This document shows, piece by piece, positions 32,862 to 40,959 of a DNA stretch of 51,273 bases. Source of the DNA: Planctomycetota bacterium (GTDB taxonomy: Bacteria > Planctomycetota > UBA1135); contig DASWJW010000075.1 in assembly GCA_036396955.1 (NCBI GenBank), forward strand, positions 1 to 51,273, in the 5' to 3' direction. How positions within the stretch are numbered: position 1 is the stretch's first letter; every line of letters begins with the position of its first letter. The notes below the pieces were generated by a model. It was not told the origin of the DNA, did not search any database, and saw nothing but the letters and a program-made list of their open reading frames with translations. Made by a program: the position numbers and the translations under genes.

Positions 32862-34066
32862 CAGAACCGCCTCCCGTCGCGTTCGGCGTCGTAGACGAGT
32901 TCGCCGCGGATCCACGTGCGCGTCACGAACGAGCGCGGGTCGAGCGGAAATCCGGTCCAGGCCACCATGTCGGCTTCGAGGCCCGGTTCGAGCCGGCCGG
33001 AGACGTCGTCGCACTTGAGCGCGAAAGCGGCGTACGAGGTGATTCCCTTGAGCGCGCCTTCGGGGTCGTCGTGGCCGAGCCGCACGCCCATCGCCGCCTG
33101 GTAGCTCAACTCCTCCTGCGGGACCCCGCCCGAGTCGGTGTTGTAGCCGAGCACCAGGCCGTCGGGCACGGCTTCGGCCCAACCGGCGCCGCAGCCCTGG
33201 ATCCGCGAATTGGTGCGGTCGAAGAAGAACTGCCGCGGGCCGTTCATGACCGGCACCTTGAGCTCGGCGGCGAGCTTGGCGAGCTTGTAGCCGTCGAAAG
33301 TGCCGTGGTCGATGAACGGATCGAGTCCCAGCTCCTGTTTCTGCATGGTCAGCGTCATCAACACGACCTGATAGATCTGCGTGTGCACGCTGACTGGAAT
33401 GTCCTTGGCGAGGAGCGGCTCGAAATCGCGCCAGAAGTCGCTCCAGCCGATCTCGCCGGCGGCGTAGCCCTCGGCCCAGCCGAGCCCGCGCTGCAGCGTG
33501 TCGCGGGTGTTCCAGTTCATCAGCGAACGGCCGACGAAGGGGTACCAGCGCTCGGGGTTGCCCGACTGCGCGACCTTCAACGAACCAGGATTCATGACGA
33601 GCATGTCGTCCATGTCGTGGCCGGCCATCTTGATGAGCGCCCCGAATCCGCCGATGTTCGTGCCCGACCCCGGAATGAACAGCGCGGTCGTGACTCCGCC
33701 GGCCAGCGCGTCCTTGTTGGCGGGGTTGTCTGGGTCCACGCCGATCGCAACCCGCAGGTCCGGGTTGGTCGGGTGGACCATGTCGTTGATGTCGTTTCCG
33801 GAGTCGGCCGCGTGGTTGTGCGGCTCGTGCAGGCCGGGCGCGAGCCACTGCTCGCCCAGGTCGATCACGGGAGTTCCGGGCGGCAGGTCGATCTGGTCCG
33901 CGCGGCCGACCGCGGCGATGCGCTTGCCGCGCACCAGCACGATGGCGTTGTTCAGCACGCCAGCGTCGCCGGCCGTGAAGACCTTCGCGGCCTTGAGCGC
34001 GTAGACGTCTTCGCCGGCCGGTCCTTGGAACAGCATCGGCAGCATCAGGGCGAGGATCGGGATCAT
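32861..34066 (-). CDS. exported amidohydrolase, array member 6 of 8, the only member retaining HxH
   Basis: The N-terminus is MIPILALMLPMLFQGP. The strand LAPGLHEPHNHAADSG retains HxH. Later motifs are GGVTTALFIPGSGTNIGG, VSVHTQ, IDHGT, GYNTDSGG and the C-terminal GRLEPGLEADMVAWTGFPLDP. Its ATG overlaps the member-5 stop (ATGA). Confidence 0.82.
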   Translation of the reverse strand: MIPILALMLPMLFQGPAGEDVYALKAAKVFTAGDAGVLNNAIVLVRGKRIAAVGRADQIDLPPGTPVIDLGEQWLAPGLHEPHNHAADSGNDINDMVHPTNPDLRVAIGVDPDNPANKDALAGGVTTALFIPGSGTNIGGFGALIKMAGHDMDDMLVMNPGSLKVAQSGNPERWYPFVGRSLMNWNTRDTLQRGLGWAEGYAAGEIGWSDFWRDFEPLLAKDIPVSVHTQIYQVVLMTLTMQKQELGLDPFIDHGTFDGYKLAKLAAELKVPVMNGPRQFFFDRTNSRIQGCGAGWAEAVPDGLVLGYNTDSGGVPQEELSYQAAMGVRLGHDDPEGALKGITSYAAFALKCDDVSGRLEPGLEADMVAWTGFPLDPRSFVTRTWIRGELVYDAERDGRRF

Positions 34067-36984
34067 TCTTTCGGCACCTCCCGGCCGTTCACGAACACGC
34101 GTTCGACGCGGCTGCGCAGGTCGAAGGGCGGTCCGGAATGGACCACCACGTCGCCGGCGCGGCCGGGGGCGAGGAGACCGAGCTCCTCGTCGAGACCGAG
34201 CAGCGCCGCAGCGCCGCTCGTGAGGGCCTGGAGCGCCTGGTCCGCGCCCAGTCCGTAACGGGTGGCGAGCGCCAGTGCTTCGGGCAGGAAGCGGGCGCCG
34301 CCTTGCGCGCCGGAGCGGAACGCCACCGGAATGCCCGCCGCAAGCAATTCCGCGGCGGGCACGTGGTCGCGGCCGTCCACGCGCTCGATCACCGTCGAGC
34401 TGAGCACCACGCCGCGCGACTTCTCGCGGAGCAGGTCGGCGACCTGGAGCGCGTCCTCGCCGCCGAGGATCGCGACCGGCAGTTCGTGGGCCGCGAAAGC
34501 CTCGACCGCGACGCGGATTTCGTCCGCGCGTTCGGCCTCGACGATTGCGACCGCGCGGCCTTCGAACAGCGCACGTTGGCCTTCGAGATTCCAGTCGGTC
34601 TTGGGCGGCTGCGGGCCGTCGTCCTTGGCGCGGCGCTTGCGGGTGACCGCGACCTCGCCCCCGCCGGCGTCGACTTCGGTGCGGTGGGCCTCGAACTCGG
34701 TGCTGCCCAGGCCCGCCAGTTCCACGCGGACGTTCATCAAGTCGACGCCGACGAGTTCGCCGACGATCACGACCTTGCCGATCTCGGTGTCGACCTCGAC
34801 CCGCGCGATCTTGGTGGCGGCGTCCCAGGTGCCCTCGATCTCGAAGTTCTCGCCGGGAGCCTCCGGCGACGACAGCACGATCAGCAAGCGCGCGCCTTCG
34901 TGGCGCATCCGCGCCTGGACGCTCACCGGCTGGGGCAGGCGTTCGTCTTCGATCGTGGCTTCCCACATGCCGTTGATGGGATCGACCAACTTGACCTTGG
35001 CTTCTTCGACGATCTCCGCCTCGGCGACCTCGGCCACGGGCGCTTCCGGTTCCGTCGCGGTGCCCTGCGCCAAGCGCACGCGCAGCGCGGCTTCGGCATC
35101 GGCGCCGGCCTTGCCGCTCTCTTCGGCGTGCTTGACCTCCCACTCGGCGCGCTCCTTGCGGTACTTCGCCCAGGAATCGGCGTAGGACTTGCCGCGCTTC
35201 AGCGCCTCGGCGAGCTCGTTCGCGCGCGCGAGGTGGTCGCCGCCGCGCACCGAGAACCAGACCAGCTCGTGGTCCTGCACCCAAGCGCCGTCGCCGCCTT
35301 CGGCGGCGGTCTTGACCGCCGGCCCCCCCGCGCCGTTGGGCGGCTTGGCGGCCGGTTCCAGCGCCATGGTCGTGACGCCCGCGCGCGCGACCTGCGCCCA
35401 ATCGGAGCGGTACCGCGATCCGGAGGCCAGCAGTCCGAGCAGGGCCTTGGGATCGACCCGGCCGCCGCCGATGCCGAGGCGGCCGCCGGCGTCGATGAAC
35501 CCGGGAGTCAGGTGAGCTGCGGCGCCGGCGTCGACCAGCCGCGCGCCGCGCGGGTGCGGCACGCTGCGGCCCACGGCCTCGACGCGGCCGTTGCGCAACA
35601 GGACTTCCCAGCCGCCAGTCAGCGGGGCGCCCGATCCCGTCCACAGAGTGCCGGCGCGCACGATCACCGCATCGCTTGCGGGCGCGGCGTCGGGCCGCGG
35701 CTGTTCGCGCCAGACAAGCTCGCCTTCCACGTAGACGCGCTGGACCGAGCTCGCCGGATCGAGCGGAGCGCCGGACATCACCACGAAGTCGGCATCGCGG
35801 CCAGCCAGCAGGCTGCCGGCACGGTCGGCCACGCCGAGCAGCTGGGCGGGCACCCTCGTGACCGCCGCCAGCGCAGCGCCCTGGTCCAGACCGTCGCCGG
35901 CGGCCGCCGCGGCGGCTTCGAGCAGCATGGTCCACCGGCCGAAAGGGCCGACGGCCAGCGCCACCGGCAGGCCCTGCGCATGCAGCGCGGCGAGAGCCCC
36001 GGGTTCCGGGCGGACCCAGTCCTCGGGCAAGTCGGGAGTGCCGAGGAACAAGGGCACCTGGAAGATCACGCCGGCCCCCGCCTTGGCGAGCGCGGCGGCG
36101 AAGGGCGCGGCCTCGGCGGCGCCGTCGAGCAGCAGGCGCCGACCCCATTCAGCCGCGAGATCGATCGCCGCGCGCACTTCGCCGGCGTTCGCCGCGACCA
36201 CGCGCAAGGGCTCGCGGCCCTTGAGGAACTCCGCGAAGGCGGCTCGGTGGGCGTCGTAGCTGCCGTCCAGGTAACGGGTCAGGTACCAGCTCTCGCGCAA
36301 GGCCAACAGCGCGCCGGCGCGGGAACTCGGCGCTTGCGCCTTGAGCGGCTCGTACGGCTGCTGCGAGTTGGGCGGCAGCGGCATGCGGAAGAAGCGCGGG
36401 GCCCGCCCCCACACTCCGGGGTCCAGAGAGACCCGCAAGTCGCCTCGATCGACGAGCACGCGGTTGCCGCCCGCCGTCTTGACGACCGCGCCACGGCCGC
36501 CGACCAGGCGATCGCGCGACGGCGAGAGATAGAAGGTGGTGATGCCCTTGGAAAGGACGGAGTCGAGGTCGCGCCAGGCATCGAAATCATCGATCGCGCG
36601 CCGGTCCGCACCCAGCGAGGCCTCGCCTTGCGCGTTGCCCGCGCCGGCCACGGTGCTGTCGGCCGCGACCAGGCCGGGCATGATCTCGGCGGCGCCGAGT
36701 TCGATCACCGGCAGCAAGGGCGGCAAGTCCGCGGCCGAACGGGCGACGCCCTGCACCTTGCCGTCGCCGACCAGCAGCCACGCGTCGACGAGCGGCGCCG
36801 CTGCGCCCGGCTCCTGCCAGATGCGGGCGGCGTGATAGGCGCGTTCGACCTTCACTTCGGCCTGGCGCAGCGCGTCGGCGGCCGCCGTGCGGTCCGGGGG
36901 GTCGCCGCCGCGCGAACCGATCAAGGCCGGCGCGCCGATGCCGACGGCGAGCGCCGCGGCTCCGATCCAGAGAATGCGGCTCAC
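34063..36984 (-). CDS. exported double-module amidohydrolase-fold paralogue, array member 5 of 8
   Basis: The GTG start (VSRILWIGAAALAVGIGAPALIG, a TM/signal segment) overlaps the member-4 stop (GTGA). There are two complete modules: IMPGLVAADSTV...GSLLAGRDADFVVMSGAPLDP and LTPGFIDAGGRL...GLLAPGRAGDVVVHSGPPFD. An insert of about 210 aa lies at nt 34585-35220. Confidence 0.78.
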   Translation of the reverse strand: MSRILWIGAAALAVGIGAPALIGSRGGDPPDRTAAADALRQAEVKVERAYHAARIWQEPGAAAPLVDAWLLVGDGKVQGVARSAADLPPLLPVIELGAAEIMPGLVAADSTVAGAGNAQGEASLGADRRAIDDFDAWRDLDSVLSKGITTFYLSPSRDRLVGGRGAVVKTAGGNRVLVDRGDLRVSLDPGVWGRAPRFFRMPLPPNSQQPYEPLKAQAPSSRAGALLALRESWYLTRYLDGSYDAHRAAFAEFLKGREPLRVVAANAGEVRAAIDLAAEWGRRLLLDGAAEAAPFAAALAKAGAGVIFQVPLFLGTPDLPEDWVRPEPGALAALHAQGLPVALAVGPFGRWTMLLEAAAAAAGDGLDQGAALAAVTRVPAQLLGVADRAGSLLAGRDADFVVMSGAPLDPASSVQRVYVEGELVWREQPRPDAAPASDAVIVRAGTLWTGSGAPLTGGWEVLLRNGRVEAVGRSVPHPRGARLVDAGAAAHLTPGFIDAGGRLGIGGGRVDPKALLGLLASGSRYRSDWAQVARAGVTTMALEPAAKPPNGAGGPAVKTAAEGGDGAWVQDHELVWFSVRGGDHLARANELAEALKRGKSYADSWAKYRKERAEWEVKHAEESGKAGADAEAALRVRLAQGTATEPEAPVAEVAEAEIVEEAKVKLVDPINGMWEATIEDERLPQPVSVQARMRHEGARLLIVLSSPEAPGENFEIEGTWDAATKIARVEVDTEIGKVVIVGELVGVDLMNVRVELAGLGSTEFEAHRTEVDAGGGEVAVTRKRRAKDDGPQPPKTDWNLEGQRALFEGRAVAIVEAERADEIRVAVEAFAAHELPVAILGGEDALQVADLLREKSRGVVLSSTVIERVDGRDHVPAAELLAAGIPVAFRSGAQGGARFLPEALALATRYGLGADQALQALTSGAAALLGLDEELGLLAPGRAGDVVVHSGPPFDLRSRVERVFVNGREVPKE

Positions 36985-38381
36985 TGCAGCGTCCCCTCCA
37001 GCAGGCGCTGCAAGCGCTCGTCGGTGGAACGCTCGTAGATGCGTTCGCCGCGCAGCCAGACTTCGAGGACCTTGTGGTTGGGATCGAGCGGGTCGCCGCT
37101 CAGCACCGCGAAGGTGCCGTCGGCGCCGGCGGCGATTCCGCCGAGCGAGGCGGCCAGCTTCCAGGCGGCGGCCGGGTTGCTCGTCACGGCCGCGAGCGCC
37201 GTGGCGCGCGGCACGCCTTCGCGTACGCAGACCGCGCCGAGGTAGGCCAGGCGGTCGGCGTCCATCAAGCCGCCTTGCGGCGTGAGACTGAACGCGATGC
37301 CTGCATCGGCGAGCACCTTGGGGACGAAGGTCTTGATCTCCTTCCAGGTGACCGGGTCGCGCTCGACGTGCCAGAGATCGCCGGCCAGGACCACCGGCCG
37401 GCCGGCGGCGGCCAGCACCGCGCTCGCCTTCCAGGCGTCGCCGTCGATCAGGAACACGCCGCGCGCGAGCAGGCCGTGCGTCGACAACCAGTCGTTCGCG
37501 TGGACCACGTCGGTCGCCGTCGGCGCCCAGACCCAGAGGTCGCGGTCGCCGTTGAAGATCCGCACCAGGCTGCGCTGCGGTTCGGGCAGGTCGGCCTCGG
37601 CGATCTCGCCCTTGCCGGGAAAGTCGGCGCCGAAGCGCACGAAGCCCGGATTCCGGCTCGCGCCGTCGAGCGGCGGCGGATCGTTGGCGGGGTCCTCGCC
37701 CGCGCGTTCGGCGTCGGCGAGCGCGGCGGCGCCGTCGACCAGTTCCTGCCCTTTGCGGCGCAGGAAGTCGAGCAGCCCGGCCTCGGCTTCGCGCAGCTCG
37801 GCCATCTGCGCGCTGCGGCTGTTCCCGCTGCGCGGCGCGAAGGACATCACGTGCCCCAACGGAGCGCGCAAGGTCATGTCGCCCACGGTCATGCCGTGCG
37901 GCGCCACGACCCGGCCCAGGCCGGCGATCACGGTGCTGGTGCCCTGCATCACGCCGATCGCGACCACGCCGTTGCGCCGCTCTTCTTCGAAGTAGAGCTG
38001 CGAGGGGTCGAGCGAGTCGCGGACGTCGAGGAAGGGGCCCACCGGCACGTTCTCGTTGGCGCGGTCGAGACCGCTGGTGGTGTACGCCACCTTGAAGCCG
38101 GAGAAGACCACGGCGTCGGGATGCTCGTGGAGCACCACGTCGAAGGGAATCTCGAGATCCGCCCCGCCGACGGCGGTGATCTTGCCGCCGCGGACGAGGA
38201 CGGTGCCGTTCTCGATCTCCCGGCCGTCGGCGAGGATCACGCGGCCGGCGCGCACGGCGACGTCGCCGGACTGCAAGGCCGCGGCGGAGGGCGCGAGCGC
38301 GGCGAGCAGCGCCAGCACGAGCGGCACCGGGCCGGAGCAAAGGTGGCGAAGCGGACGAGCGGGAAGGTGCGGAACGGACAT
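36981..38381 (-). CDS. exported amidohydrolase-fold paralogue, array member 4 of 8 (HxH strand degenerate)
   Basis: The signal is PVPLVLALLAALAPSAAA. The N-terminal region reads VRAGRVILADGREIENGTVLVRGGKITAVG. The HxH position is VFSGFKVAYTTS. The C-terminal motif is GGIAAGADGTFAVLSGDPLDP. Overlap with member 3 is 1 nt (TGATG). Confidence 0.72.
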   Translation of the reverse strand: MSVPHLPARPLRHLCSGPVPLVLALLAALAPSAAALQSGDVAVRAGRVILADGREIENGTVLVRGGKITAVGGADLEIPFDVVLHEHPDAVVFSGFKVAYTTSGLDRANENVPVGPFLDVRDSLDPSQLYFEEERRNGVVAIGVMQGTSTVIAGLGRVVAPHGMTVGDMTLRAPLGHVMSFAPRSGNSRSAQMAELREAEAGLLDFLRRKGQELVDGAAALADAERAGEDPANDPPPLDGASRNPGFVRFGADFPGKGEIAEADLPEPQRSLVRIFNGDRDLWVWAPTATDVVHANDWLSTHGLLARGVFLIDGDAWKASAVLAAAGRPVVLAGDLWHVERDPVTWKEIKTFVPKVLADAGIAFSLTPQGGLMDADRLAYLGAVCVREGVPRATALAAVTSNPAAAWKLAASLGGIAAGADGTFAVLSGDPLDPNHKVLEVWLRGERIYERSTDERLQRLLEGTLQ

Positions 38382-39859
38382 CAGAAGGTGACCTGGGGCC
38401 GGGCGTCGAAAGCGATCACCCCGTCCACCAGGACGAGGATCGGGCGGGAATCGGCCGCCAACGGCGGGCCGGACCAGAGGACGAGGTCGGCGTCCTTGCC
38501 GACCTCGATCGAGCCGAGGCGTTCCTGCACGCCGCAAAGGCGCGCCGCCTCGAGGGTGACCGCGGGCAGCGCCAGCGCGGGCTCCAGCCCCCACTCCACG
38601 GCGCGGCGGGCCTGGTGGATCAAACTGGCTTCGGCGCCGAAACGGCCATGCGCTTCGGCGGCGCCGAGCACGGTCGGAACCTCCGTCGCGGCGAGCAGCG
38701 CGGGCAGCGCTGGCGTCGCGAGGCCCGCGGTGGCGCGCCGGCCGCGGAACAGCCCCTGCGCGTCGGCGCTTCCGGGAACCACGATCGACAGCAAGTCGAG
38801 CGCGAAGTCGCTGACGTGCACGTGGCCGGTGGTGTCCGGCGCTCGGTAGCGTTCGGGGACTTGCGCGTCTTCGTCTTCGCAGCAGAGTTGCGGCGGCCGC
38901 ACGCCGGTGCGCCACTCGGCGAGGTTCAAGGGCCGCACCACGGCCCGGCGTGGATCGTCGAACAGCGGCCCGGTGACCACTTGCGCGCGCATCTTCTGCA
39001 GCACCGGGATGCAGCGGTAGGCCTCGGTGCCTTCCTCGATCACGAACGGCGGCAGCTGCAGTTCTTCCTGCAGCCGCTTGAGCGCCTGAAGGTCCTGGCT
39101 CTTCCGCGCCTGGATCCGCAACGGCAGCTCGCCGTCGAGCGCGGCCACCAGCGCGTCGAGGCCGGGGTCGGAGACTCCGGCGCCGGCAGCGCGCGCGGCG
39201 CGGTAGCGCGCGGCGCGGTGGAATTCGCTGCGGATCATCCGCTCCACGCCCATCCGCGTCGTCGGCCGCCGGTAGTTCATGTCGTCGGGCGAGCCGCCCC
39301 ACGGCGGCCGGTTGCCCGAACTCGGTTCGCTGCCCATCGTCACCTTGAGCGCGGCGTCTTCGACGATGACGCGCGCCGCACTGCCGGGATCGGCGAAGAG
39401 GTCGGCGGACTCGCCGCCGTGGGTTTTCACCACCGCGCCGATGCCGCCGAAGACGTTCAGCGAATCGGGGCTCAGGTAGGCCCCCGTCACGCCCTGCACG
39501 ACCGCGGTCCGGAATTCCGCCGAATCGAGTTCGGCGGTGCGTGCGACCCGCATGGAGGGCGTGGACTCGCGGGTCTGGTCGAGGGTCGCGGCGCCTACTC
39601 CCATGTAGGAGTAGGCGTCGAACAGGCCGGGACTCAATTCCGCCCCCGCGACGTGCACGTGAGCGCCGGCGGCGGAACCCCCGGCCACCACGCTGCGGAT
39701 CAGGCCGTCGGCGACGACCACCACGGCGTTCTCGAGCACGCGGCCGTCGCCGACGTGCAGGCGGTCGACGGCGATCACCAGGTCTTCGCCCGCGGCGCCG
39801 CCCGAAGGCACGGCCTGCCCGAGGGCGAGCGGAAGCAGCAAGGAGAGGGCGCAGATCAT
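38381..39859 (-). CDS. exported amidohydrolase-fold paralogue, array member 3 of 8 (HxH strand degenerate)
   Basis: The signal is MICALSLLLPLALGQA. The HxH position is LSPGLFDAYSYM. The C-terminal motif is GSIEVGKDADLVLWSGPPL. Its ATG overlaps the member-2 stop (ATGA). Confidence 0.78.
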   Translation of the reverse strand: MICALSLLLPLALGQAVPSGGAAGEDLVIAVDRLHVGDGRVLENAVVVVADGLIRSVVAGGSAAGAHVHVAGAELSPGLFDAYSYMGVGAATLDQTRESTPSMRVARTAELDSAEFRTAVVQGVTGAYLSPDSLNVFGGIGAVVKTHGGESADLFADPGSAARVIVEDAALKVTMGSEPSSGNRPPWGGSPDDMNYRRPTTRMGVERMIRSEFHRAARYRAARAAGAGVSDPGLDALVAALDGELPLRIQARKSQDLQALKRLQEELQLPPFVIEEGTEAYRCIPVLQKMRAQVVTGPLFDDPRRAVVRPLNLAEWRTGVRPPQLCCEDEDAQVPERYRAPDTTGHVHVSDFALDLLSIVVPGSADAQGLFRGRRATAGLATPALPALLAATEVPTVLGAAEAHGRFGAEASLIHQARRAVEWGLEPALALPAVTLEAARLCGVQERLGSIEVGKDADLVLWSGPPLAADSRPILVLVDGVIAFDARPQVTF

Positions 39860-40959
39860 TCGTCTTCGTCCACGGGAGCGGTCCAGACGGTGCGGCCGGC
39901 GAGCATCACCGCTTGGACGCGCGCGGCGCCGTCGAGGGGATGTCCGCTCCACAGCACCAGGTCGGCGACCGCGCCGGGAGCGATGCGGCCGCGGTCGTCC
40001 AGGCCCGCGATCGCGGCGGCATTGCCGGTGACGGCGGCCATGGCGGCGGCCGGATCGCCCGTGGCGCGCGAGTAGGCCATGGCGGTGGTGCGCAGGCCGT
40101 CGAGGACTTCGCCGCCGCGCCCGCTCCGCGTGCCGAAAGCGACGCGCACGCCGGCGCCGTGCAGGCGCTTCCAAGTCTCGAGCAGGCGCGCCGACCAGTC
40201 GCCGTCGTGGATCGCGGGGAGCACGACGAGCGCTCCGGCCAGTTCGCGGCCGTAGCCGCCGACGTCGCCCCAGGCGAGGTAGACGGCGTCGAAGCCCTGC
40301 TCGCGCGCCCGCTGGGTGGCCGCACGGGCGCCTTCCGCGGAATCGAGGTAGACCGCGACCTTGCGGCCGCGCCAGACGTCCGGGGCACGGGCGATGGCGG
40401 CGTCGAGGTCCTCGAGCGCTCCGGCCACCGCGGTCGGCCCGATCACCGGATCGGCGAAGCCGCTCGCGACCAGCGAGACGACGGCGCGCGCGCGCGGCGC
40501 GAGCATCCGGTCGACCGCCGCGCCGGTGCGCACTACGCTCGAATCTCCGGCCAGCGCCCGCGCCGGATCGGGGACCACGTGCACGGCCGTGATGCCGCGC
40601 TCCAAGGCCGCCTGCCAGTAGCGGTGGCGCAGGTCGAGCGCGTCGGCGGCGCGCAGACCGGCGTTGTTGCGGAACGCGCGTTCGGCGATCTCGCCCTGGA
40701 CCGCCACTCCGGCGGCCGCATCGATCATGCCGGGCGCGAGCACGCCGTGCAGGCGCACGACCTTGACTCCCGCCGGCTGGGGAACGTCTGCGCCCACCGC
40801 GAAGATGCGGTCGCCGCGCAACAGGATCTTGCCGTCGGGGATGACCGCTCCGTCCGGACCGATCACGCCGTCGGCGTGCAGGATCATGGCTTCTTGCGCG
40901 CGCGCGGAAGCCGCGCAGGCCAGCAGAGCGACACCGAAGGGCAGCAGGCTGCGGATCAT
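39856..40959 (-). CDS. exported amidohydrolase-fold paralogue, array member 2 of 8 (HxH strand degenerate)
   Basis: The signal is MIRSLLPFGVALLACAASARAQ. The HxH position is LAPGMIDAAAGV. The C-terminal motif is GRIAPGAVADLVLWSGHPLDG. Its ATG overlaps the member-1 stop (ATGA). Confidence 0.78.
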   Translation of the reverse strand: MIRSLLPFGVALLACAASARAQEAMILHADGVIGPDGAVIPDGKILLRGDRIFAVGADVPQPAGVKVVRLHGVLAPGMIDAAAGVAVQGEIAERAFRNNAGLRAADALDLRHRYWQAALERGITAVHVVPDPARALAGDSSVVRTGAAVDRMLAPRARAVVSLVASGFADPVIGPTAVAGALEDLDAAIARAPDVWRGRKVAVYLDSAEGARAATQRAREQGFDAVYLAWGDVGGYGRELAGALVVLPAIHDGDWSARLLETWKRLHGAGVRVAFGTRSGRGGEVLDGLRTTAMAYSRATGDPAAAMAAVTGNAAAIAGLDDRGRIAPGAVADLVLWSGHPLDGAARVQAVMLAGRTVWTAPVDEDE

